Assembly (NCBI GenBank): GCA_951406725.2
Contig: OX597814.1
Span: 127,844,001-127,908,000 of the forward strand
Origin: Octopus vulgaris
Taxonomy: Eukaryota
Length of the DNA: 64,000 nt
Direction of reading: 5' to 3'
Shown: positions 24,801 through 39,000 of the stretch, in pieces
How positions within the stretch are numbered: position 1 is the first letter of the stretch
Layout of the letters: the number at the start of each line of letters is the position of its first letter
Notes under the pieces: model-generated
Database searches by the model: none
Told to the model about the DNA's origin: nothing
The model's input: the letters and a program-made list of their open reading frames with translations, nothing else
Program-made: the position numbers and the translations under genes

Positions 24801-27800
24801 GAAAGAGCATAAAATAAGAGCTGAAAAATGTCATTTGCTACATATTCACCCTCTCATATTTTTATCAGTTTCATTATTTTATTTCTTTTCAGAGACGTGT
24901 TAGGGCAGCCTATTCTGAAATTGCATTCAAAGGTTGGCGCCGAGCTGAATATGTTGTAGGTATTATTGACAAAAGTCTCCAAACTCTTGAGAACTGTGAT
25001 ATTGCTGATATTGTTGAAATAGTGCAGAATACAACTAGTATGGACCTTGCTTTGAAACAGTTGAGAATTGAATGCAAAATCTGCTTTAATTCTCACCCCC
25101 AAACCAAAGTAAGTATCACACACACACACACAGAATCCACTGTAAAAAACACTACACATTACAACCATATTAGAATATACCCTACAAACTACTACACTGC
25201 ACTCACTACAAACCACACAACACACTATAATCTACAGAGTGCACTGCAAACAGCACAATACACTCCTCAAACAACATAATACAAACTACAAAAAACACAA
25301 CACACCACCTGCTACAACCTATAGAGTACAATATATACTAACCCATGCTTTCTTAAGATTCTCCATCTTTATTATTTGATGGATATTTTACCTTAATTTC
25401 TGGACCATTTGATTGCTAGAGATCTCAGCTTTGATTGTAGATGGGACAAGTAAATGTTTGGTTGGAGAAGCCACGTGTAACTATGTTTGTTTGCTTCTTT
25501 TCTCACTTCTCTGAATAGTACTGAGTGTGTTTCTCCTATATATCTTCAGTCCCTGTTTGGCAGTGACTCTGTTAAAGGGAAGATCAATTAGCAATATCTT
25601 CCAGTCTTGAAAGACTGATTCTACATCTTTTCAAAGTGATCTTCAGTTAATCTTTGAACTGCTTTTTTGGTTCTTCAGCCTAGTGTTGCCCATCATGTAC
25701 TTGCAGGAGATCCTGATGTGAATTACGTATCTGAGTCATCTTAGTTGATGCCTGTATCTTGTGGGTTCAATGCTGGCATTGGTATTGGCTCCATGAAGGA
25801 TTTCTCTGTGCATAAACATATCTTGCTAGGTAATTGAAAGGATCTTCTGGAAGCACTGGATGTTAAAGGTCTTCAGCATCTTCCTTTTAATTACATTTTG
25901 GTAGAATACATTTAGATATTTACCTGTATTGCAATTATCAGCAGCAGTAATATAACAGTCACTAGCTCCCAACACAATATTCACCAAACCAACAACCACA
26001 AACAACATCACTGGAGGCTACCTGTGCATATATGATCTATATTACTATACAACTTGTGACCGTTCTTCCTATAGAATTTTCTTATCCATGTTTCTACTTT
26101 ACAGCAAGTCATCTATCCCTATCCACTTTTCATCCCTCTCAACTGGCACAAAGCCACCCCCATCAGTACTACTCCACACCCCCAGCTGAGGGTTTTTTTG
26201 TCTTGCAAGTTACTTGGTGACCCTGTCAGTGCTGGTCCCACATAAAAAGCACTGGTGCTAGTGCCATGTAAATATCACTCAGTACACACCGTAAAAGTGG
26301 TTGGCATTAGGAAGGGCATTCAACCAGAGAAACCATGCCAAAACAGACTATGGAACCTGATGTGGCTCCTGGCCTTATCAGCTCCTGTCAAACTGTCCAA
26401 CCCATGCCAGCATGGAAAACACACATTAAATGATGATGATAGGTGCAGGAGTGGCTGTGTGGTAAAAAGCTTGCTTCCCAACCACATGGCCCCGGGTTCA
26501 GTTCCACTGCATGGCACATTGGGCACATGTCTTCTACTATAGCCTCGGGCCAACCAAAACCTTCTGAGTGGATTTGATAGATGGAAACTGAAAGAATTCT
26601 GCTGTATATATATATATGTATTTGTTCCCCCAACTTTGCTTAAGAACCAATACTGATGTGTTTACATCCCCGTAACATAGCGGTTCAGCAAAAGAGACTG
26701 ATAGAATAAGTACTAGGCTTACAAAGAATAAGTCCTGGAGTTGATTTGTTCGACTAAAGGTGGTGCTCCAGCGTGGCTGCAATCAAATGACTGAAACAAG
26801 TAAAAGAATAAAAGAATGGTGATGTTCTACTCTGTAGCCATTTGAACATCACCATCATCATCATTTGCTTCTTGCCTCCTACTCTTTCTATCACCCTCTT
26901 CTTCACTTCTTCCCTCTTTACTTAACCTCCAATTGAGATTTGTTCAAAGCTTATGCCCTTTTTCTCTCTACACCCCCTTTCCCATTTGTTTACCTTGCAT
27001 CTCACCTACCCCACTTCTTATATTCTGGTCTTTCCCCCAACTCTCATTCATCATTCACTAAGTCAAAACTACAGCAATATCATCTTATTTGTCCTTACTG
27101 TCAAACAAAAGGCAAGTGTTCAAAACCTTAGGTTCTTTGCTGCAGTGAAATTTATTGAATTCTACAAATTTTCCTGTAAAATCAGTGTTTACCTTAGCTC
27201 TGACCTTTCAACATCTCTCTCTCTCTTTTCAGATTATGACACTTTGTTCGTGTGATTGTAAATTTTGTATTGGATGTTTCCAACAATATTTTGAGCTGAA
27301 GATAAATAATGAACCTGTTGTTACTTGGACTTGTCCTATATGTAGCTTACCTGAACTTAGTGAATCTGACACAGTTCGTAATTATTTCAACATTTTAGGC
27401 ATCCAGGTAAGCATCTTGTACAATGTTCTGTTATTTTCATTCACCTTTGATGATTTCATCATCATCATCATTTAACGTCCGCTTTCTATGCTGGCTTGGG
27501 TTGGACGATTTGACTGAGGTCTGGCGAACCAGACTCCAATCTGATCTGGCAGAGTTTCTACAGCTGGATGCCCTTCCTTATGCCAACCACTCCGAGAGTG
27601 TAGTGGGTGCTTTTACGTGCCACCGGCATGAGGGCCAGTTTGGTGGTACTGGCAATGGCCACGCCCAAATGGTGCTTTTTACGTGCCACCTGAACAGGAG
27701 CCAGTCCAGTGGCACTGGCGACGGCCTCGCTCGAATATTTCACATGCCACAAGCACAAGTGCTAGTAAGGCGACGTGGTAACGATCACGCTCGAATGGTG

Positions 27801-30800
27801 TGCTTAACGTGCCATCGGCACAAAGGCCAGCTTGTTGCTCTGGCAATGATCTCACTCGTATGGTACTCTAAGCGCTCCACTAGCAACGGATGCCAGTCAC
27901 CGAATTTGATTTCGACTTCGATTTGATTTCAACTTTGATATTTGATTTCAACTTCAACTTTAAATGTCTTTAACCCTTTCGTTACCATATTTCTATTGAG
28001 ATACTCTGCTTTTGTTTTGATTAATTTTGAAAATAATGAACAACTCTGTAAAATAACTTTTTTATTGCTAAGCTGGTGTTAGGAACATATTTTTTCCATC
28101 AAAATTTCTGAAATATAATTCTGATCTCTTTGAAACAAGGAATTTATATCAGAAGCAAGAGTGTTCTCTGGTGGGTTGGTATCAAGAGAGTTAAGTATTG
28201 AAAACATCATCAGCATTCTTGGCAGACACCCATAAAATTATTAACCATCTTACTAACAATAACTCTGAGCACCTTTTCAAACTCCATCTGTTTAACACCT
28301 GTGGACATGTTTACAGTCAGCTCCCATGACTTTTGGAAACATTTTTTCACGCTAAGAGTTGCTGAAGCATGGAACAAACTGCCGGCATCAGTTGTTAGTT
28401 GTCGGAGCACTGCATCTTTCAAAACTTCCATGCTTCCTGAGATTCGCCAACACTACACCTGATTTTCTCTCCTCCATACACACGCAAGCATGTATCTGAC
28501 TCATACGCTGTTCACTTCCCAGACATTTGTAGATTACTGCAAATGCTTTATACACACTTTTGACAAGTTGTGGTGCACCTGAGCACTGTATACAATAATT
28601 TCATTGTTATTATTATTATTACTGCTACAACATTTAACCATTCTAACTGTAAACTCTATTGTCAGCTGCTGTGGTTACTGTTTAACTACAGTCTGCCTCT
28701 TGATTCAACAGACTTATGATAAGAGGTATTCCATCTAACATCATTCCACCTTTTCTCCAGGCATAAATTATATCAGACTACATTATCTAATTTGCTTTTT
28801 TTTTTTAATACTGTAGGGTGTTAGTTGAAGGATATTTGACAATTATTTCTAGCAGGTCAAATAAGAAAGTCGAAAGCCCCTTGTTGGCTTGCTTCTGTTA
28901 TGTGATTAGTTTGGCTGGTATTTCATATAACAATAAGCATCTTTATAAATTCACTCACTTTTACATTGAATAATAGTATGAACATGCAAGAGTATCCCTA
29001 ATCTTGTTCAGAAGTTGAGAAACAAGTATCTTGCCTAAGAATCATATGTCACTCTATATTTTAATTTCGTCTTTTAACCCTTTAACAATCAGATTTATCT
29101 ATCAAATGTACTGGTTATTTATTCACATTGGTTTGAATTAATCATGCATTATCTTGTAGCATAGAGATTTCAATGATGTGATTGTTTATTTTTAGAATGA
29201 CGTTGCAGGGTATGGGCGAAAGCCAGATCAAACTGTTTTGGACATAAAAATAGGTAGAATATTTGAACTGGATGTGGCCAGCGTAAGCGCAAAAGTGTTG
29301 TCCCATGATTTACCACTCAACACTCACACATACACATTGCATCACTAGTGCTAGCAGCAAAGGGATTGGTTTTTATAGACAAAGAGAAGATTATATAATG
29401 GTTATCTCTCAGTAGGACCTTGTATAGTCAGGGTAGAAAATTCTTAAGACTTTCAAAAGTTGAAGAGAAATAGGGTACAGTACTTCAGATATATCATACG
29501 AAATTGGTGGGTAGGGTGAATAGTTTTCATAAATCATTTATGAAAGTAGGTGGTTATTATCAGTTAGCTACACTGTTTTTGTCTAACTCTAGGTTAAACT
29601 GTGACCAAGAAGATCCTATGATCAAAGGTATTTCATGTATCAATGTCCCGATGTAGTGTTTCGTTTTTAAGATAGTCAGATATGATTTGAGGGCAATTTA
29701 CCTGTTACTTCTAGCAGAATAATTGACCATATATATGACCAGTTGTTGGCCATAATTGTGTTATGCAATTAGCTAACATATATTGAGTATTAAAAATGTC
29801 TGAATATTGATTCTCTTACTCTGTTGTTGCTTTTTACTAATATTTTGAAAATATTTCAAAATGCAAATTTTTCAGATTAAACAAAATAATTTTAGTCATA
29901 AGACTAATATGTTGTATGAGACCAAACTACGTGATTGGCACTTACAGAGGGATCCTAACTTCCGCTGGTGTCAGCAGGTGAGTATTGCTCCTTTTGTAGT
30001 GTCTTCACTCTGTGTTGTATTCACTTAATTTGTTGACTGAAAAAGAAGCCTGTCGTGTGTGTGTGTGTGTAATGACATTACAGGATAGTTGTAAACAAGT
30101 GCCTCTGTTACACATGTGGTTCCTTTGCATCCAGTCTTCCATAAAAACATGCCTGGTTATGGGGAAATCTTACCTCGCTCGGAAACAAGTGAGGCTTAAA
30201 AATCTGGAAGAGCCTCAAGATGCAGAAAATCTTCCTGAATGAAATCTTTCTGATACGTGCAAGTACGGAGGAACAGGTGTTAAAATGATTATGATGATAA
30301 TAAATATGTTTTGGCATGGCACTTTCGTACAATTTGTTGAATTTTAATTATATTTTGCTTTTACAAAATATTGTGTGATGGCCTTAATTAGTAGACTGCA
30401 CATGATATTTAACTTTTTTCCCACATTCTAAATAGGACACTTATATCAATTCCGAGGCCCTAAAACTACCAGCAAGACTGAGGTTTAGCTTGAATGTCTG
30501 CTGGGGAAACATAAAGGTGCCACATAAAAAGTGTTGGTGCCATGTAAAAAACCACCCATCTGTACTAGTGCCACATTAAAAAAACACCCAGTACAGTCTG
30601 CAAAGTGTTTACTGTTAGGAGGGGCTCTCAGCTATAGATATCAAGCCAAAATACAGCCAGCTCTAGCCAAACCATCAAGTCCATCATCATCATTGTTCGA
30701 CCGTGGTCGAGACAATGGAATTTACTATGTTATGCCAGACTTCACAGTCCATCATAGCATTACAGAGGTCCTGTTGCTGGATGCCTGTATCCCTGGAGAT

Positions 30801-33800
30801 TACATCAGGGTAGGAGAGTGTGCGCCCTCTGGTATCGCGAGCAGATGGCTTCCAGAGGAGAAAAGTAGAAATTACCTCGTCTTCAGCTCTACAACAATGT
30901 CCAGCAAACTGGACTCTTCTACCTTTCACAAGAGATGATACAGGTGGTAATTTCCCATATATTTGTACTTTGGTTGGATGACGCTTCCACGAGAGATTTT
31001 GAGCTCTCATAAGGAGGCGAGTGTAAGTTCCATCCAACCGCCTCACAAACTTCTTTGATAACATCCAGGTTTCTGAGCCATATAGTAGATGGAAAATGGA
31101 CATTAAATGATGATGATGAGTCCCAGAAAGTTACAGTTGTATATATAGAAGGAGGATCGAGCAAGTTATTTGGTCTACAATTTGTGGATGGAACACAGTA
31201 AGGACGTTGAAAGGTGGAGAGAGAAACAGAGAGAGGCAGTCATATTAGGTGTGCTTGGATGGCACACAACTTGTAAGTTTTGAAGACAGAGAGTATTGTA
31301 TTAGCTATAGAAGTGATGGTGGAGAAGTAGGATAGGGATCTGTTACGGTGGTGACTAAAGGATTACTTAACTGTGAGGTTATTCTGGTGTGTGAAGGGTC
31401 TTGAATGGGGGTGGGAGTGTAATGATGTGGTTAATAGTCTGTGTATATAGTAAAGTATATTTTTCAAATGCATTCTAATCATGTGAATATAGAAAAATGT
31501 AGTAAGAAGCTTGCTTCCCGACCATGTGCTTCGAGGTTCAGTCCCACTGAGTGGCATCTTCTACAAGTGTCTTCTACTATAGCCTCAGGCAGACCAAAGC
31601 CTTGTGAGTGCATTTGGCAGATGGAAACTAAAAGAAACTTGTTGAATACATGTGTATATATATATCTTCTGGTCATTTCAATATGTGACCGCGTGTGTAT
31701 TGTTGGCGATTTTCTTTCTCTGTCTTCCCTTCCTTTGACCTTTCCTTTTTCTATGTTTCTGATGAAGAGCGCTGCTCGAAATGTTAAATCCTCCTTCTTT
31801 CTTTCCTTTCCTGAGCATCTAATAACACTATACTTGTTCCACGTCCTCGCGTTGTTGTGTTTTCTCTTTGTTCATTTTTGGATTAACTATGTGTGTGTGT
31901 GTGTGTCCTACTACCGCTTGAAAATCAGGTTGGTGTGTTTATGTCCCCATAACTTAGCAGTTCAGCAAAAGAGGCCAATAGAATAAATACCAGGCTTAAA
32001 TAAAGAAGTACTGGGGTTGATTCGTTTGACTAAAATTTCTACAAGGTGATGCCCCAGCATGGCTGCAGTCTAATGATAGAAACAAATTAAAGATAAGTGT
32101 TTGTATGTGTATTTTTATGTGTATAAGTGTGTGTGCGTGCATGTACTTTGCAAAGAATACAGGAAAATGAAGGGAATTTGCTCCTGTTTACCAGAACACA
32201 CCAGTATAAGGAAAAAATTATTGAAAATTCATTGTACTTCTTTTTCAGTGTGGTGGTGGTTTTCTGTTTGATGGAAAAGGACTGAAGATGAGTTGTCCAT
32301 TTTGTAACAGAGCGATGTGTTTTAAATGTGAGAAAGTGGTAAGTTTTTACTTCTCTCTTTTATTATGCTGCAGACGAGATGGATTAAGTTTAGGACCAAA
32401 GAGCAGACTACTATCATCTTCTCTCTTAATTTTCATCATGTTTCTATTTTTTGCAAAGTTTCCAGATTTACCTATATCATTCTCTTACACATGCAGGTAC
32501 AACACTAAATTTCCAGACACTGATGTTCTGGAACTGCTTATATTCTGCACTAATTAATGAGTGGGAACTTCAGATTCTTGCAGCCTTCAGACTAGTTTCT
32601 GGTACCTTAAACTTTTATCATTCATACTAATATACAGGCATCTGTATTTCATTTAATTATTTGAAGCAAATTTAACATTTGTTTACTTTAGAGGTGACCA
32701 CCTCTTATTTGGAAAAGTCAATAATCTGAAAAGGCTTCGGAACCAAAGGTTTTTGGAAAAATTGGTGTTGTACCTGCAGCTTACTATAAATTTAAACTAT
32801 ATCTTCTGTCTTAGTTCAACTCATAATTAGTGTTAATTTTATCTATTGCTGAAGGTCTTCTCTTAGAATTTAACTTGTGCTTTGTCTGTGAATTATTCAA
32901 GTTCAGGAAATGCAATCTTACACTTTAATTATAAAAAAATATAGAACATTAATGATAGTCTAGGCATCACCAAGAACTGAGATACCTATTCTGTTTAGGT
33001 TGTATAGATGAGGTGATATCTATAATAATAATAAAAGCGAAATTTTGTCTGTCCGTCTGGACCCCCGTATCTCAGTCTATATTTGCTCTACATAACCATA
33101 TCATACCTTTTTGGAATCAAGATGATCCTGGGATTGAAAATCTTATTTATTTATTGCCCACAAGGGGCTAAACATAGAGGGGACAAACAAGGACAGACAA
33201 AAGGATTAAGTCGATTACATCGACCCCAGTGCATAACTGGTACTTAATTTATCGACCCTGAAAGGATGAAAGGCAAAGTCGACCTCGGCAGAATTTGAAC
33301 TTAGAATGTAATGGCAGACAAAATACTGCTAAGTATTTCGCCCGGCATGCTAACGATTTTGCCAGCTCGCCTGGGATTGAAAATCTGCCCTTCATTTCGT
33401 TCTTGAATATCCAGCATTGGGATCTGACTTAAAAACATTTGTGTTGCTATTTCCAGCAGGTAAAGTTTGGCTAATCCATGCCACTTTGGTTGGCGTTTAT
33501 CAGATGATGCCAGAGATCAAGCAGGAGATAAATAACATTTGCTTTGTTAATTTTATGCCAAGATAAGAACTTTGGGACAAATTGGCCAACTGTCCTTAAC
33601 CTCTAATCAAACACCATGGAGGCATATATTCATTATAGAAATATTATAGTCATGCTATTTAGATCTCTTTAGTTTTGGGCAACAGGCCCGATTAGCCCTC
33701 TACAGGAGGAAGCTTAAAAGTCCGCACAGTGTGGCTTTTAAGCTAGTAACAGATATTACTTGCTTCATCTGATGCCAAGATATTTAATGATATTGCTATG

Positions 33801-34698
33801 CATCTCTATTCCCTCTATCTCACTTCCTGTCTTCCTTTTCTGTAAAGACATGGGAAGAAGTGATGGTGCCAAACTAAGATTAAAAAAGAAGACTCCCACA
33901 AGAGATGAGAAATCAGGCAGATATATCCAACCTTTATAACACCGTAGAAAAATGTTAAATATTGTTGATGCTGATATGATGTTTATTGTTGTTGCCTACT
34001 ACTAAATGTTGTCTTCTGTTTCAGTGGGGTGATCAGCACCAGAATCTAAGTTGTGAAAAATACAATGAATGGTTGATTAATAACCATCCAGAAAATCAAG
34101 CACAAGGTCTTGAAATGATACTCAAAAAGAATGGAATTAGTACGTATTTAAGTTTTCACCCTAAAACTTTTCACCCACAGCTCTCCTCATCCATCCATAG
34201 TACATGACCATACCAATGCAAACGTCTCTCTTGCACACCACATCTGATGCTTCTTATGTCCAACATTTCTCCCAGGGCGTCCTGTTTCTATATGTAGCAC
34301 AATCTATTCTATACCTTATCTATATGTTTACATACACACAAACAAATAATTGTTACTACCTCTTCTATTTCAGTCTGTCCACAATGTAAATACGTTTACT
34401 TCCTAAGTAAAGGTGGTTGTATTCATTTTACCTGCAAAGAATGCCTATATCAGTTTTGTTCTGGCTGCCAGAAAAGATTTTACTCAAAAGATGTAAGTCA
34501 TATATTTAAATTATGTTTGCTGATCTGTAGATTTGTCATTTAAGGAGTGAATACCAGTGTTTAATAGATTGCAGACTTATTTTACTCTTTTCCTATTCAC
34601 AGTGGTCTAGACAAACTGATCTCTTTGACAAGTAGTAACAGAAATACCACTGTCTAGGCACTTTTCTGCTAGATATATGCCATGTATTCTATCTTGCC

Positions 34699-34767
<69 letters not shown>

Positions 34768-35976
34768 CATCATCGTTTAACGTCCGCTTTCCATGCTAGC
34801 ATGGGTTGGACTGCTAGTGTATATATATATATCAGCTTCATCATTAGCCTTTAACGTCCTCTCTCCACGCTGGCATGGGTTAGATAGTTTGACTAGAGTT
34901 GATGAGCCAGAGAGCTGCACCTGGTTCCAGTCTGATTTGGCATGGTTTCTACAACTGGATGCCCTTCCTAATGTTAACCAGCAATGACCATGGCAATTAT
35001 TCACAGATGGGTGCCATTTACATAACACCGGCAATGACCACGATTCTGATTCATGGGTACCATTTGCATGGCACCACCAATGATCATGATTCCTGGGTAC
35101 CAATTTACATGGCACCATTTTACATGGTACTGGCATTGACCACGATGATTCATAGGTGCCATCTACATGGCACCATCAATGACCACAACTATGATTCATG
35201 GGTGTCATTTACATAGCACTGGCAGTGACCAAGACTACGATTTCACTTGGCCTGATGAGTCTTCTCATGCACATCATATTGCCAGAGATTTTGGGTCACT
35301 TGTCATCATCTCTCTGAGGTCCAAAGTTCATAGATCATGCTTCACCACCTCATCCCATGTCTTTCTGGGTTTATCTCTACCACAAGTTCCCTCCACAGTT
35401 AGAGATCAACGCTCTTTACAACTTTTTCATCCATATGCATCATATGACCATACCAACTGAGTTGTCTCTCTTGCACACCACGTCTGTCAAGATGCTTACA
35501 CTCTGTTGTACATACACATCGACATTGTACATCCAGCGAAGCATACTATCGTCATTTCTTTCAAGCCTACACATGTCTTCGGCAGTCACAGGCCCACTTC
35601 ACTGCCATGTAGCATGGTTACTTGCACACAGGCGCCATACAGTCTGCCTTTCACTCTTAGGGAGAGGCTCTTTGTTACTAACAGAGGTACGAGGTCTCTG
35701 AACTTTGCCTAGTATATTCTTATTCTAGCAGTTACACTCTTGGAGCATTCACCTCCACTACTAACTTGGTCATCTAGATAATGGACGGTATCAACTATCT
35801 CTAGCTTACCTCTCTGGCATTTGATGGAGTCTATTTTTTGTACATTTGTGGTGTTAATTGTACCTGTGCACCTGCCACACACAGTAACTAGTTTCCCATT
35901 TTAACCTTCCTTTGGTATTGCTGCACCGCTTATGTATCCATAGCTTATACTGGGTACATCTTAAGGAGTTTCTACC

Positions 35977-36013
<37 letters not shown>

Positions 36014-39000
36014 GAGAGAAGATTAAGTGTTAAGATTGAGAAAAGAACCTTTTTAGAAAGCTGAAAGACAATAACCTTTCGGAAGTGGTTTCACAAAATG
36101 TGTGTGGGCTTTGGTTTTATAGATATGCAAGTGCTTTCAATTCTTAACGTTTTCAAGCATGTGTTATTGTATATTGTGGAAGTTGTTTTCAGTCAAATTG
36201 TTGTTGACTGTTTCTGGTTTAGTTTCGGATTCAGGGATTGCACCTAGATGCATACCATGTAGTAATCATCTGGACACCTATGCACAAGGAAAATTTATAA
36301 TTTTCCTTCTTCATAAAATAAATGAAGAGAATGATCTTCTCCGGAAGGTAAAAGAAGAATATTTCATAAAATTTCTGAGTCCGAAACTGAACCGGAAATA
36401 GTCAACAACAATTTTACTGAAAACAACTTTCACTATATACAATAACACGTGCTTGAAAACGTTAAGGACTCTGTAAAGTGATTAGCATTAGGAAGGGCAT
36501 CCAGCTATAGAAATCATGCCAAAACTGACATGGAGCCCAGGTATCTCTTCAACTGGCCAGCTCTTGACAAATTGTCCAACCCATGCCAGCATGGAAAGCA
36601 GACGTTAAATGATGATGATTAAAGATGAAATATGTTTTGATGTCTCAAGGACAGCCTTTGTCTTGATCTTTCCAAAAAGGATTTTCAACTCAATATTTAC
36701 ATGCTATTATAGTTTTATATGTGCTCTAAGAATCAATTCCAAGAAAGAATTAGGTATATTGGTCAAGCTTTACACACATCAACAGACATACGCTATGCTG
36801 TTCAAAAAGCAAAATGAAGAAAAGAATTTGTCCTTTTCTGATCATGAAATGGAGATCTTGTGTTTGTACCTGATGGCATGTTTGTCTTGTGCTTTTGCAT
36901 ATTGTCTTCAACGAGAATTCTCTCCCAAGACTATTTGCACAGCAGAAGGTCTTCCCACAACTGGGTGTACTTGACTGTTTTTAGATATGGCTTTACACAG
37001 TTTCCCATGATTTGAAAGCTATTTTGCTGCTATTTCTGGCAGGTTGAGAATCTACATAGAAGTGCCCTCATTAGCTCAATATCTTTTTTTATTTAGAACT
37101 GTATGAAAATAATGATTTAATTTAAAATATTTATTGTTTCATTCTAATATTAAATGTATTTTAAAATTTGCATCTATCACTTCACTAGGAATGCAAAAAA
37201 TTCAAAAGCTGTTGCACAAAAGGTATCCATGCCCACCATCCAAGAAATTGTTTATATTACCTGCGAGACAACTCTATTGGAGACCTGCAGAAATTACTTC
37301 AGGTAAGTTTGAAATGTAACTGTGCTGGTGGTGGTGGTGGTTTATATTACATTGAGGTATTTAGAATAATATCTTTTCCAAATATCAAGTTGTTTTGAAG
37401 TGTCTCATACCAAAATTGTTTCTCCAAAGTGGCACCTCTCTTAGTTTTAACTCTTCATCATCACTTTAGGGTTAAAGTCCACCTTTCCATGTTTGCATAG
37501 GTCAGATGGAATAGGGGACATGTCTGCTTGATTTCAAAGATTAATTCAGAGAGTTAAAATTCTGTACCTGGTTCAAGATGCCTAGCCATTCAACTGTGAA
37601 GTGAACAATACTGGCACTTCGTCAGTTATGACAATGAGAGTTCTATCTGATCCACTCAACAGAACAGCCTACTTGTGAAATTAATATGCGAGTGGCTGAG
37701 CACTCCACAGACACGTGTACCCTTAATGTAATTCTCAGGGAGATTCAGCATGAAAGAATGTAACAAGGCTGGCCCTTTGAAATTCAGGTACTATTCATTT
37801 TTGCCAGCTGAGTGAACTGGAGTCAGTGTGAAATAAAGTGTCTTGCTCAAGGACACCACACACCACCGAGAATCAAACTCACGTCCTTATGATCGTGATG
37901 CAAATACCCTAACCACTAAGCCATCTGCTTTCATTAAAGCAAGTAATATGTTAACCGAAGCAACTATGGGATAGAAATGTTAAGAAAAATTGTTTTAACC
38001 ATTTCGTTACTGTATTTATTTTGAGATGCTCTGTGTTTCTTTCAATTACTTTAAATATAACAAAGAATTTAGTAAAATAACTTAGTTATCATTCAGCCAG
38101 TGTTAGGAACATAAATTGTGACTAAGGTTTGGTGGAAGATTTGAATTCAAAACTGATGAAAACAAGACATTTGTACTCTGAGCCAGAGCCGGTTTCAGCT
38201 GGGTTGGTAACAAAAGGGTTAATCTTTCCAAGCTTCTCTCTTAGTTAACATCTGGTTGTTAGGTGTTGCTTGTACAGGAAAGCATAGGTCTTCAGGTTTC
38301 CAACTAACAATAACCACGCCTTGGATAACCCTCATTGGCTATGGTACTGCCTTCTCATAGCATTAATTTATTTTAAACTTAAGCAGGAATGATGCAAAAA
38401 ATATTTGCAATTAAAATGTGAGAAATGCATGAAATCTGTTTACTTTTCTCTTCCTTTGCACAATCATAGCTGTCTGTGTTTGGATTAGAAATTAGAAACC
38501 CTTTACATAGCAAAGCAACTGCCATGAAGAATTATCTTGCATTTTTTTTTCCAACTATTTTGCAGATGAGTCATGTAAATTTTGACACAGAATCTAAAGA
38601 ACAAGTCGATGTGTGTCCTGTGATTGAACAGAAAGAAATCTCGTCTGATAATTACAAAGATGCCAAATGTGGAAAAGATGCTTCACGGGGTAACGCTGGT
38701 TTTTGCACGTAAGTTCAAAGGTTTTTATCTAGTATTCTGTAAGATGAGATACGTATAAGAACTTGTTGATAATCAAATATCAAGAAAGAATATGGGATAA
38801 TTTGAGACATATCTCTATTCAGCCTCTACCAGCATAGAACATTCTTTGATACTTATAGGGATTATACATGTGTGGGCATGGCTGTATGGTTAAAATCTTT
38901 ACTTCACAATCATCTGTCTTTATGTTATGTCTCTCTGTGGAACCTTGAGCAAGTGTCTTTTATTATAGTCCCTAACTGACCAAAACCTTGTGAGTGGGTT

